A stretch of 64,000 nt of DNA from Nitrososphaerota archaeon (lineage in GTDB: Archaea > Thermoproteota > Nitrososphaeria > Nitrososphaerales > Gagatemarchaeaceae): assembly GCA_027339745.1 (NCBI GenBank), contig DAHWNW010000002.1, positions 55,725-119,724 of the forward strand, read 5' to 3'. The translations under genes were made by a program, and so were the position numbers. The notes under the pieces were generated by a model. The model searched no databases, was not told the DNA's origin, and was given only the letters and a program-made list of their open reading frames with translations. Positions 1-9,117 of this stretch are shown piece by piece; position 1 is the first letter of the stretch; every line of letters starts with the position of its first letter.

Positions 1-14
1 CGCTGGAGTAGCGG

Positions 15-959
15 TCATACCCGGCCGCCCCTCAGCATAGTGTAGAGCATGCCGCGGAAGACCCGCTGCGACGCTTCGTAGACCACCGACACGTTAGGCT
101 TCCTTTTCAAGTACCCAAGCTCGTCCACCCATGTAACGCCCCTAGAGACGCCGTCGGCTGCGTCTACCTCGACGTAGCGTTCCCTGGTGTCGGTGGCCAC
201 TCCAGGGTTCAGCACTATGGCCATCGTGATGCTGTCTGGGCAGCTGGTCCCGTCCACACCCCTCTCGATCTCCATGAACTTGCGCACTTGCCGGTTCACG
301 GCCAGGTAGAACTCCGACTCCTTGGTCTTCATGCTCCCTATCTCTTGGAGCTCGGGGACGCCGATGAGCCCATGCCTCATGACTATCTCCCAGCCGACCA
401 TAGTCACGGGCATCCCTGAGTTCAGGACGATGCTGGCAGCGTCTGGGTCCACCCAGATGTTGAACTCGGCAGCCGGAGTCACGTTCCCCAGGTACTGATT
501 GGCTCCGCCCATGAAGTAGAATTCCTTCACTTTCTTAGCTATGCCAGGGTCTTTCCTGAGGGCGAGTGCTACGTTGGTCATGGGGGCGATCTCGACGAGC
601 GTAATCTCTCCCGGATTCTCGTTGATCGAATCGACTATGGCGTCGACTGCGTGCTTCCGCTCGGGCCTCTGTCTGGCCTTGGGAAAGTGCGAGTCACCCA
701 TCCCGTCGCTGCCGTGGATTTCCTCCACAGTCCTCCATTCCTTGAGCAGCGGGTGCCTCGCGCCAGGGTAGACCGGGACCTTCCCGGACTCCCCTGCGAC
801 CTCAACCGTGTATAGGGCGTTCTCGACTTCCTGGTCGAAGCTGATGTTGCCGCAGTTGATGGTGATCCCCTCGAGCTTTGCGTCTTTCGCCCTGAGCGCC
901 ATCATGATGGCGACGGCGTCGTCCCCCGCCGTGTCAGTGTCCAGTATTATCCGCTTCAA
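15..959 (-). CDS. Inosine/uridine-preferring nucleoside hydrolase family protein
   Basis: N-terminal DTDTAGDDA (DxDxxxDD) motif, HGSDGMG and AEFNIWVDPDAA. Start trimmed to TTG at 959 because the longer ORF overlaps RIO2. Confidence 0.9.
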   Translation of the reverse strand: MKRIILDTDTAGDDAVAIMMALRAKDAKLEGITINCGNISFDQEVENALYTVEVAGESGKVPVYPGARHPLLKEWRTVEEIHGSDGMGDSHFPKARQRPERKHAVDAIVDSINENPGEITLVEIAPMTNVALALRKDPGIAKKVKEFYFMGGANQYLGNVTPAAEFNIWVDPDAASIVLNSGMPVTMVGWEIVMRHGLIGVPELQEIGSMKTKESEFYLAVNRQVRKFMEIERGVDGTSCPDSITMAIVLNPGVATDTRERYVEVDAADGVSRGVTWVDELGYLKRKPNVSVVYEASQRVFRGMLYTMLRGGRV

Positions 960-1047
960 GGCGGACCGACCCCGGCAGCGGTCAGATAAGAAGGATACCA
1001 GGTGCGGCGTGGTAATCTCAATAGAGGGGGCCCCGGCCCGGTGGGGG

Positions 1048-1935
1048 ATGTCCACCACCGAGAACGCGGCCAGGGTCATGAAGTCGCTGAAGGACGAGGA
1101 GTGGAGGACGCTGGCGGGGGTGGAGCGCGCTTCGACCGGGTACGGGACCCCTGACGTCGGGAGGCTCTCGCGCATGAGCCGCCTCCCCCAGGAGAGGGTG
1201 CGTTTCGCCACGGCGGACCTCGAGAAGAAGGGGCTCCTGACGAGGAAGGGCCGTGGGTTCGCCCTCACGAGGGAGGGGGTGGAGGCGATGGCGCTCAAGG
1301 ACTACGTGAAGAAGGATTTGATCTACGCGCTAGGCGCCATCATCGCGAAAGGGAAGGAGTCGGACGTGTACGAGGCGCTGACAGAGGAGGGGACGGTCTA
1401 TGCCCTCAAACTCTACAAGATCGGCAGGACCTCGTTCACAAGCGTGAGGAGGAGCAGGCCAAGGGAGGAGGCGGCGTTCAGGAGCTGGATGACGGCCAAC
1501 TATGACGCGGCGAGGCGCGAGTACCACGCGCTGAGGAAGCTGGAAGGACTCTCGCCTTCGTTCCCCCGGGCGGTGGCTTACAGCAGGAGCACTGTCCTCC
1601 TTGAAGAGGTCTCCGGGGTGAGGCTGTCCCAGAGGCCTGTGCTCGAGGACCCTGAGGGAGCCCTCGGCGCAATCCTGGCCCTCATGCGAACAGCGTATGC
1701 CCAGGCGAGCCTCGTGAACGCCGACCTGAGCGAATACAACATACTCACCGACGGGGCATCGTTCTGGCTGATCGATTGGCCCCAGGCCGTCGACTCATCC
1801 CACCCGAACAGCACTGAGCTGCTCGCGCATGACATCAAGGCCGTCACGACATTCTTCAAGAGGGCATATGGGGTCGCTGCGGACCTGCACAAGTGCTACG
1901 AATACGTCAGTGGACGTTCGCTGTCCCTGGGCTGA
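1048..1935 (+). CDS. rio2: RIO2-type serine/threonine kinase
   Basis: N-terminal winged-helix-like region, GKESDVY, ADLSEYNIL and IDWPQ. Start at ATG 1048. Confidence 0.9.
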   Translation: MSTTENAARVMKSLKDEEWRTLAGVERASTGYGTPDVGRLSRMSRLPQERVRFATADLEKKGLLTRKGRGFALTREGVEAMALKDYVKKDLIYALGAIIAKGKESDVYEALTEEGTVYALKLYKIGRTSFTSVRRSRPREEAAFRSWMTANYDAARREYHALRKLEGLSPSFPRAVAYSRSTVLLEEVSGVRLSQRPVLEDPEGALGAILALMRTAYAQASLVNADLSEYNILTDGASFWLIDWPQAVDSSHPNSTELLAHDIKAVTTFFKRAYGVAADLHKCYEYVSGRSLSLG

Positions 1936-1962
1936 GATAAAGTCCAGGACCTCGGTCGGGCG

Positions 1963-2223
1963 CTAGAGCCTGTCTGCTATCCTCACGTAGAGGACGTTGT
2001 TTCCCCTTATCACTACTTTACCGTAGTTCGCGATCTTTTTCCCGTTCTCCGACTCCTCGGCGTCGACGAGTATGACGTTCATGTATGGGTCGACGTTTGA
2101 CATCTTCCCCGCATATTCTATCTCGCTCTTCAGCCGAACAGAGACCTGCTTGTTCAGGGACCTCTGTAAGATGCTCAAGGGGCGCCTTGTCTGCTGAGGA
2201 GGTTGGAACGGCTGAGGGCTCAC
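1963..2223 (-). CDS. Sm-like (Lsm/SmAP) RNA-binding protein
   Basis: RPL...V.V.LK, D.YMNVIL.DAEE (Sm1) and VIRGNNV (Sm2). Confidence 0.92.
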   Translation of the reverse strand: MSPQPFQPPQQTRRPLSILQRSLNKQVSVRLKSEIEYAGKMSNVDPYMNVILVDAEESENGKKIANYGKVVIRGNNVLYVRIADRL

Positions 2224-2332
2224 TGCGAACTTCTCATCTGGCCCTCGCTCACAGTTAAAAATACATCGGTGATGAATCGTCCAAGGGGAGAGGACGTCGG
2301 GGACCGAGACAGCGGCTGGAGCGAAGGGGCGG

Positions 2333-2998
2333 GTGGCATCCTTCCCCCGCTACACGTCGGGATCTGTGGGCCTGGACGCCCTGCTGTCAGGCGGATACAG
2401 GGCAGGCACCTTGACCGAGGTGTTCGGGAGGAGCAACACCGGCAAGTCGCAGCTGGGGATGCAGGCTGCCTTGTGCGCCGCCTTGAAGGGGGCAAGGGTG
2501 CTCTATATCGACAGCGAGGGCGGATTCAGGCCCGAGAGGCTCGAGCAGATCGCCGGAGCAAGAGGGTGGGACTTCGAGGGGGCGCTTGAGAGGATCACGT
2601 TCATGAGGTCCGACTCGGCCCCGGAGCAGATGGAGACGGTCAGAGGCATGAATCGGCGGAGGGCTACGGCGGAGTGCAAGCTTGTAGTGGTGGACACGCT
2701 CACCCGCAACTTCTCGGTCGAGCTGCCCGGGAAGTCGAACCTCGCAAGCAGGCAGGGGGCCCTTGACATCCATCTGAGCGAGATGGCAAGGGACGCGTAC
2801 ATCCATTCCAGGGCGTACGTGCTGACGAACAGGGTGACCTTCGGTACCGCTGGAGACGTAGGGATAGGTGGCGGGACAGTGGAGCAGCTGGTTCATATGA
2901 CCGTGAAGCTCGAGCGCCAGGGGCAGGCGGTGTCTGCGACCTCGTTCCCTTCCTGTGAGAGGGCTGCCTTGCAGATTGGGGCTGCGGGCGTCATCTGA
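2333..2998 (+). CDS. RadA/RadB-like RecA-family paralog lacking the N-terminal HhH domain
   Basis: LDALLSGG, Walker A GRSNTGKS, YIDSEGGFRPERL and Walker B VVVDT. Confidence 0.85.
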   Translation: MASFPRYTSGSVGLDALLSGGYRAGTLTEVFGRSNTGKSQLGMQAALCAALKGARVLYIDSEGGFRPERLEQIAGARGWDFEGALERITFMRSDSAPEQMETVRGMNRRRATAECKLVVVDTLTRNFSVELPGKSNLASRQGALDIHLSEMARDAYIHSRAYVLTNRVTFGTAGDVGIGGGTVEQLVHMTVKLERQGQAVSATSFPSCERAALQIGAAGVI

Positions 2999-3179
2999 GT
3001 CGAGTCAGACATCGTCCATCGCAGCTCGTGTGGTGGACGTCTTCTCGAAGGAAAGTCTGCAGAGGGAGGTCCCGGAGCGACGCGCCATAGAAAGGCCCCG
3101 GCCTCGCATTGGGCCCGAGTCAGCGCTGAGGCTAGGACGGTTAAATATCCAAGATACAGGTCGTACAGACGCGGTGGTC

Positions 3180-3497
3180 GTGCAAGCCAACATCGCGACG
3201 ATACTCGACTCACTCTTGAAGTCCGACCTTGACGAAGCGAAACGCAGGATACAGGCGCTCCTCCCCACAGCGACGTCCGAGAAGGAGAGAGGGAGCTTGA
3301 TGGCGGCGGCGGGGATACTAGCGAGCATTACGAAGGGGAAAGACGGCACGCTGCAGACCTGGGACAGCGCCAAGGTGGAGAGGGCGGCGAAGTCGATAAC
3401 GTCGAACCAGATGGCAGACGACTTCGACAGAGGCTATGCAGACACGCTGTTGAGCTACTCTAAGCTCAGAGCGGATACCCAGCGAACTGAAGGGTGA
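3180..3497 (+). CDS. Hypothetical helical protein
   Basis: Protein-like ORF downstream of TTAAATA at 3141. Start at GTG 3174 or 3180. Confidence 0.65.
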   Translation: MQANIATILDSLLKSDLDEAKRRIQALLPTATSEKERGSLMAAAGILASITKGKDGTLQTWDSAKVERAAKSITSNQMADDFDRGYADTLLSYSKLRADTQRTEG

Positions 3498-3810
3498 AGG
3501 CCAGCATCCAGGTGAAGAGGAAGACCATCACGAAGCCACCCACCCCGGTCGTGTAGATCTTTCCCTGCTGCTCCCTCGGCATCCCGCGGTACCACCCATA
3601 GAGGGCGAGGTAGTAAGAAACGAGGTAGACCCCTATCCCTATGCTGACCCCGAAGGACCAGTCGAAACCGTAGGCCTGGTCGAGGAGCTGGGTGCCGAAC
3701 CCTGCGACCGCCGCCAGCCCTATCCTCGTCCAGTATAGCTTATCAAACGCCGCGGCTGGCTGAGGCTTCGTGGCCGAACTATCCGGCTTCGAAGTCTTGG
3801 TGCTCGCCAA
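3466..3810 (-). CDS. Three-TM membrane protein, EMC6/OPTI (Rab5ip)-like
   Basis: Three hydrophobic helices. DKLYWTRIGLAAVAG and TTGVGGFVMVFLFTWMLAFT resemble the Rab5ip/EMC6 family patterns. Confidence 0.6.
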   Translation of the reverse strand: MASTKTSKPDSSATKPQPAAAFDKLYWTRIGLAAVAGFGTQLLDQAYGFDWSFGVSIGIGVYLVSYYLALYGWYRGMPREQQGKIYTTGVGGFVMVFLFTWMLAFTLQFAGYPL

Positions 3811-5566
3811 AGAAATCGATTTGGCGTTGCGCGGAACCTACGTTAATAACATTTACAGGAGAGGAAGCGCGCAACTGTTCCGTTTCAGGAGGCCGCAGGG
3901 AGAGGATGTCTGGCTGGTGGCATCCCCCAAGAAGGGGGCCTGGATATCGAACAGGGTCGAGGAAAGGGACGAAACCACCGAATTCACTTCGCGGCTCAGA
4001 GGGGAGCTCGAGAGGGCGAGGTTCTCAGGCGCATCCCAACTGGACCTCGATAGGGTCTTCCAGATAGACTTTGATGGGAAAGAGAGTCGGAGGGTGCTGA
4101 TAGAGCTCATGCCGCCGGGGAACTTAGTGGTCCTCGGCCCAGATGGGGCGGTCAGGCTCGCGCAGAGCGAAGTGCGCGCGGGCAGCCGGCGGGTCGTCAG
4201 GGGGGAGCGATATTCCCCTCCGGGCCAGAGCAGGCTCAGCCCGCTCGATGTCGGGGCCGAAGCTGTCGAAGCGATGCTCAGGGCGGAGACGACCCTGGGG
4301 AAGGCGGTCGGGAGACACATCGCCCTGCCCAGGAAGTACGTCGCCGAGGCCCTGAAGAGAGTAGGAGCTTCAGAGGGTACGCCGTCTTCGAGCTTCGTCG
4401 GCAGAGGAGGGGAGATAGCGAAGGCTGTCGCGGACATGGTAACAGACGCGAGGACGAATCCAAGGCCGTGCATCTGCGAGACGCAGGCGGGGGACGAGGT
4501 CTTCACGTTCCCGCCCAGCGGGCTCAAGGTGAAAGAAGAAGCGGGGACGGTCTCCGAGCTCTGCGACCGCCTCTTCCTTGGAGACGCTCTGGCAGAGGCA
4601 GAACCTCCCAGCGCCGAGGAGGCAAAGCGGAAGGAGTTGATAGCGACGGCGGAGAGGCTCAGGGAGGAGTCGAAGTCGTTGATGACGAAGGCTGCGGGGG
4701 CAAGGGGGGCGGCCGCGGAGGCGAGGGCGGCCCCGCTCGACACGGCGTTGAAGGTCATGCGAGAGGCGGGGGTCAGACCGCTCAGGGACCCTGTCTCCCC
4801 AGCAGCGGCATCGTCAGCGCTCTACGACTGGGCCAAGGAGCTCGAGGCGAAGTCATCGCAGAGCCTTGAGGCCGCCGCGAAGCTGGAAAAGAGGGCGTCC
4901 AAGGTCCCCTCCAGGGCTGCGCCGCGAGCCCAGGCCCTGTCGAGGAGGAGGGGCGAGTGGTACGAAAGGTTCAGGTGGTTCGTCACGGTCGAGGGGAAGC
5001 TGGCGGTAGGCGGGCGTGACGCACAGACAAACTCCGTCCTCCTCGGGAGGCACCTCGACCCTAAAGACACAGTCTACCACGCCGACCTCTTCGGTTCACC
5101 GTTCTTCGTCCTCAAGGAGGGGGCAGCCCAGACCGAGGAGGAGTCCAGGCAGGTCGCTCAGGCTACGGTCGCCTTCAGCAGCGCCTGGAAGACGGGGCTC
5201 GGGGCCGCCGACGCGTATTGGGTGACGCCTGACCAGGTAAGTTCCGCCGCCCCGAGCGGAGAGTACCTGCCGCGCGGGAGCTTCGTCATCCGAGGGAGGA
5301 AGAACTTCGTCGCGAATGTGCTAGTGGAGGTGGCGGTCGGTATGGACCAGAAAGGCCGGGTGATGGCCGGCCCTGAGGAAGCTGTCAAGAAGAGGTGCGC
5401 GCGCTACGTCGTCCTGAGGCCCCACAACGAGAAAGCCTCCGAGACAGCCAAGCGCGTCCTCAGTGACCTTGGGTCAGACCCGAGGCGGCCGACCCTCGAC
5501 GAGGTGCAGAGGGCCCTCCCGGCTGGGGGCGGCAAAGTAATCACTCGGGCCGAAGTTCGCCGCTAA
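3770..5566 (+). CDS. rqcH: Rqc2/NEMF (NFACT) ribosome quality control protein
   Basis: NFACT-N (LDRVF, ELMPPGN) and NFACT-R (WYERFRWF, GGRDAQTN, HADLFGSP, PSGEYLPRGSFVIRG). Confidence 0.9.
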   Translation: MAELSGFEVLVLAKEIDLALRGTYVNNIYRRGSAQLFRFRRPQGEDVWLVASPKKGAWISNRVEERDETTEFTSRLRGELERARFSGASQLDLDRVFQIDFDGKESRRVLIELMPPGNLVVLGPDGAVRLAQSEVRAGSRRVVRGERYSPPGQSRLSPLDVGAEAVEAMLRAETTLGKAVGRHIALPRKYVAEALKRVGASEGTPSSSFVGRGGEIAKAVADMVTDARTNPRPCICETQAGDEVFTFPPSGLKVKEEAGTVSELCDRLFLGDALAEAEPPSAEEAKRKELIATAERLREESKSLMTKAAGARGAAAEARAAPLDTALKVMREAGVRPLRDPVSPAAASSALYDWAKELEAKSSQSLEAAAKLEKRASKVPSRAAPRAQALSRRRGEWYERFRWFVTVEGKLAVGGRDAQTNSVLLGRHLDPKDTVYHADLFGSPFFVLKEGAAQTEEESRQVAQATVAFSSAWKTGLGAADAYWVTPDQVSSAAPSGEYLPRGSFVIRGRKNFVANVLVEVAVGMDQKGRVMAGPEEAVKKRCARYVVLRPHNEKASETAKRVLSDLGSDPRRPTLDEVQRALPAGGGKVITRAEVRR

Positions 5567-7377
5567 ATGCACTCGGCGACTATCTCGGCGACGTCGCGGA
5601 CATCCATCCCCGAGTTCGTCACCTTGGTGGCGTCGTCGAACATGGAGAGGCAGAACGGACACTCCGTGGCGATGGTCTTGGCGCCTGTCCTGGCGGCCTC
5701 CTCCGCCCTGATCCCTGCTATGGACCTCCGGTGGGGGACATTGAACCAGTAGTTCGACCCCCCCGCACCGCAACAGAAGGTCTTCTCCTTCCTCCTCCCC
5801 ATCTCCCTCAGGTCGTGGACGGACGCCGCGAGCGCCTCCCTGGGTTGGTCGAAGACGCTGTTGTACCGCGAGGCGTAACAGGCGTCATGGAGTGTCACGG
5901 AGATGTTCTGCACCTTCTCTCTGGGGACCGACACCTTCCCGTCCCTGATTAGGTCTGAAATCAGCTGGGTGTGGTACACCACGTCGAACTTCGCTCCGAA
6001 CTGGGGGTACTCGTTCTTCAAAGCGTTGAAGCAATGAGGGCAGGTGGCGATTATCTTCTTCACGCCATAGGAGTTGAGCTTCTCTATGTTCTGGAGCGCA
6101 AGCTCCTGGTACCGCCCTTCCTCCCCCAGCCTCCGAGCGGGGTCCCCCACGCACATCTCTTCTCCGCCCAGTATCGCGAACGAGACGCCGGCGCTCTTCA
6201 GTATCTTCGCCAAGGCCTTCGCTATGCGCTGGGCCCGCTGGTCGAAGGAGGAGACGCAACCCACCCAATAGAGGTACTCCGCCTTCGGGTTGGCCGCCAA
6301 GGTGTCGATGCCCAGCCCTTCGGCCCAGCCTGCCCTGGTCGAGTTCTTGAACCCGTACGGGTTCTGGCTCTGGGCTAGGTTAGCCAGCATCCCTGACTTC
6401 TCCTTGTCTAGCTTCCCCTTCGAGACGAGCTCCCTTCGGAGGTCGTAGATGACGTCAAGGTGCTTCACCCCTACCGGGCAGCTGGCGACGCAAGCCCCGC
6501 AGGAGGTGCAAGACCAGAGCTCGTCCTCGGCGACAGAAGTGAAGGGGTCAGATTCGCGTCCGGCACGGGAAAGGAGGCTGACCTTCCTAACGAGGACGCG
6601 GGGGGACAGAGGGCGGCCTGCCGCTGTCGCCGGACAGGCGGCCTCACAGGCGCCGATCTCCACGCAGGAATCGAAGGACAGAGACTGGTCCGCGGTGAAG
6701 TCTGAAACTTTGCCGACGCCCACCTTGATCGCCTCAGGGTCTGTCTTCCCCGCCATGACGTCGGCCAAGTTGAACGGCGTCCTTAGTGACGCCAGGGGCC
6801 TGTCGAACTTGGCGAAGAGGTTGATGCTTGGCCTGGCGTAGTAGCCTGCGACCAAGGAGTTCCTCGCTGCGTCGAGGAGGAGGTCCGCCCAGCCGAGGGC
6901 CGGGAACCAGAGGAGGACCAGCTCCGAGGTGGTGAGGGCGATGGCAGCCATTAGCACTATCTGAAGTGTCTTGGAGGCGGACGCGAACCCTTCAGTTACA
7001 TGCACCTCTCTCCCTACCCGCCTGCTCTGGAAGTACCTCTGGACCCGCCAACCGAAGGCGACCGCCAACCCGGCTGCGAGGGGGACGGACGCTACCCTGA
7101 AGGCGGCTAGGAGGAGAGGAGCCATACCCATGGCGGGCGCCAGGACCGCGTCAGCAATCGTGAGCCCTACCCCGAGGGCTATGGAGAGGTGCATGAGAAA
7201 GACCGGGTCCCCTGTCTTCAGTCGGCGCGCTTCGTCCCTACCCAGCCCCCAGATGCGCGCTGGGCCGAGGCTGACCGACCACCTGCGAGAGAAGTAGACG
7301 ACGGCGAAAGCGACGGCAGCCACGCTGGCGAAGGATATCGCGTAGGCGGCCAGGTAACCGACGTCGAGCCCAGCCAT
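5563..7377 (-). CDS. Membrane-bound Fe-S oxidoreductase with CCG domains (FadF/EtfD-like)
   Basis: N-terminal TM helices, two ferredoxin-type Cys motifs, two CCG domains (ATCPHC, FCCGAGG, TECPFC). Lies downstream of etfBA. Confidence 0.85.
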   Translation of the reverse strand: MAGLDVGYLAAYAISFASVAAVAFAVVYFSRRWSVSLGPARIWGLGRDEARRLKTGDPVFLMHLSIALGVGLTIADAVLAPAMGMAPLLLAAFRVASVPLAAGLAVAFGWRVQRYFQSRRVGREVHVTEGFASASKTLQIVLMAAIALTTSELVLLWFPALGWADLLLDAARNSLVAGYYARPSINLFAKFDRPLASLRTPFNLADVMAGKTDPEAIKVGVGKVSDFTADQSLSFDSCVEIGACEAACPATAAGRPLSPRVLVRKVSLLSRAGRESDPFTSVAEDELWSCTSCGACVASCPVGVKHLDVIYDLRRELVSKGKLDKEKSGMLANLAQSQNPYGFKNSTRAGWAEGLGIDTLAANPKAEYLYWVGCVSSFDQRAQRIAKALAKILKSAGVSFAILGGEEMCVGDPARRLGEEGRYQELALQNIEKLNSYGVKKIIATCPHCFNALKNEYPQFGAKFDVVYHTQLISDLIRDGKVSVPREKVQNISVTLHDACYASRYNSVFDQPREALAASVHDLREMGRRKEKTFCCGAGGSNYWFNVPHRRSIAGIRAEEAARTGAKTIATECPFCLSMFDDATKVTNSGMDVRDVAEIVAECI

Positions 7378-7423
7378 ATGCAGCGCCGACGCCCCTCTGT
7401 TTATAGGCTGTTCGAGACGCCGG

Positions 7424-8356
7424 TCAACGCCTGGCCGAGAGGGCTCGCCTGAGGGCGGGGACCACCTGGTAAAGGTCCCCTACTATGCAGTAATCAGAAG
7501 CTTGGAAGATCGGCGCGTCCTTGTCCGTGTTAATGGATGCGACTATCTTCGAGTCCTTCATCCCGGCGACGTGCTGCAGTTGGCCCGAGATCCCGATGGC
7601 TAGATAGAGGTCGGGCTTGACGGTGACCCCCGTCAGCCCGATGTGGTGCTCTTCTGGGAGCCATCCGAGGTCGGCGGAGAGGGGACGCGAGCATCCGAGG
7701 GCCCCGTGCATCGTCACAGCCAGGTCCTCCAGCATGGAAAGGTCCTCCCTCTTCTTCACGCCCCTGCCGGCCGACACGATGACCTTCGCGGACCTCAGGT
7801 CGACCCCTCCCGCGGCCTTCTTCTCGCGCCCGACAACCTTCGACCGGTCTGAGACCTGGCCCACCTCCACCTCCTGGGTCCGCTCAGGGAGGGCCTCCGC
7901 TCTGGGATAGGCGCCTGTCTTCACGGTGACCACTGCCGGAAACTGGCACCGTGTCTTCGCCACGACCTTACCCGCGTAGACGTTCCTCTCCCCCGTCACC
8001 CCCTGCCCGTCGGAAGCGAGCTTCACCACCTCCGCCATGCACCCGACGCCAAGCTTGGCCGCCAGCCTCGATGCCGCTTCCCTCCCGTCCCTCGTCGCCC
8101 CAAGCAGGACCGCGACGGGGGAGAGATCCTTCGCTGCCCGGGCTAGGGCTTCGGCCGCGACGGCCGGCGAGACGTCCGGACCTGAGGGACCCTTGAGAAG
8201 GAGCCTCACCCCCGAGCCCCTGATCCCCTGGCGAGGGGACCCGATGTCCACGACGCGGACCTCCGCCGACGCGCCCCTTGCAACATCCTGGGCAGCGCTA
8301 GCCACCTCGGCGGAAACGCCCTCCGACTCGGAGTAGACCCAGACATCCCCGCTCAC
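7424..8356 (-). CDS. etfA: Electron transfer flavoprotein alpha subunit
   Basis: SAGRG, GCSRP, IGLTG and GISGQLQHVAGM. Confidence 0.93.
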   Translation of the reverse strand: MSGDVWVYSESEGVSAEVASAAQDVARGASAEVRVVDIGSPRQGIRGSGVRLLLKGPSGPDVSPAVAAEALARAAKDLSPVAVLLGATRDGREAASRLAAKLGVGCMAEVVKLASDGQGVTGERNVYAGKVVAKTRCQFPAVVTVKTGAYPRAEALPERTQEVEVGQVSDRSKVVGREKKAAGGVDLRSAKVIVSAGRGVKKREDLSMLEDLAVTMHGALGCSRPLSADLGWLPEEHHIGLTGVTVKPDLYLAIGISGQLQHVAGMKDSKIVASINTDKDAPIFQASDYCIVGDLYQVVPALRRALSARR

Positions 8357-9117
8357 TTCAAGACGCCCTCCCTCGAAAGCGCATCCAGTAGCTTGGCGGC
8401 GGCCTCGTCGGGCCCCCCTTCTATCATTACGTGCTTCCTCGTCGACGGCTGGGACGACATCGAGACCACCTCGACCCCGCTGATGGTCCCGGGAGGAGCG
8501 ATCTCGCCGCCGTTGAGCTCCTCGATGGGCTTCTTTGATGCCTGCATTATCTGGACGAGCGTCGGGTAGCGCGGTTCGTTGATCTCGCTCACCACGGACA
8601 CCGCGAAGGGGACGGATGTCTCGACGGCCTCGACGCTGTCCTCGAGGGAGCGCTCCACCCTCGCCGACCCACCGGTCACCTCTATCTTCCTGGCGTAGCC
8701 GACATAGGCCACCCCTAGGAGCTCCCCCAGCATCGGGGGGACTTGGCCGGTGTAGGTGTCAGACGAACCTTCCGAGCATATGACCACGTCATAGGGCCCG
8801 GACCTCCTGATCGCCGCGGCGAGCATGCTAGCGGTGCGCAGCGCGTCTATGACCAACGGGTCGGCGGCGACAAACACACCCCTGTCGGCACCCATGGCGA
8901 GGGCCTCTTTCAGGGTCTTCTTCGATTCAGCAGCGCCCACCACGAAGACAACGACCTCCCCCTGGTGGGCGGATTTCAGCCTGAGCCCTTCCTCTACCGC
9001 ATTCTTGTCGAAAGTGCTCATCTTCCCGGCGGCCCCCGCAAGGACTGGCCTCCCCTCTGTGTCGAGCCTGAGCTCTGCCTCGTCAACGGCGTGTTTGACG
9101 CAAACCGCTATCTTCAT
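8353..9117 (-). CDS. etfB: Electron transfer flavoprotein beta subunit
   Basis: MKIAVCVK, ALAMGADRG and INEPRYP. 4-nt overlap with etfA. Confidence 0.93.
   Translation of the reverse strand: MKIAVCVKHAVDEAELRLDTEGRPVLAGAAGKMSTFDKNAVEEGLRLKSAHQGEVVVFVVGAAESKKTLKEALAMGADRGVFVAADPLVIDALRTASMLAAAIRRSGPYDVVICSEGSSDTYTGQVPPMLGELLGVAYVGYARKIEVTGGSARVERSLEDSVEAVETSVPFAVSVVSEINEPRYPTLVQIMQASKKPIEELNGGEIAPPGTISGVEVVSMSSQPSTRKHVMIEGGPDEAAAKLLDALSREGVLK

Noticed and set aside
995..1016. ATACCAG-N7-GTGGTAAT resembling the TrmB-candidate motif
   Set aside because: The spacer is one base longer and the left arm is degenerate, so it cannot be called a third site without a motif model.
960..1298. N-terminal extensions of the nucleoside hydrolase and RIO2 ORFs (similarly for the class III aminotransferase, ogg, tyrS, sod and the nucleotidyltransferase)
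   Set aside because: Longest-ORF artefacts; family motifs begin at the downstream starts.
2266..2310. GTGATGA...CCGA box C/D-like element between lsm and the radA paralog
   Set aside because: Too short for two guides, no clear C'/D' boxes, and the nearby TATA box fits the lsm gene.
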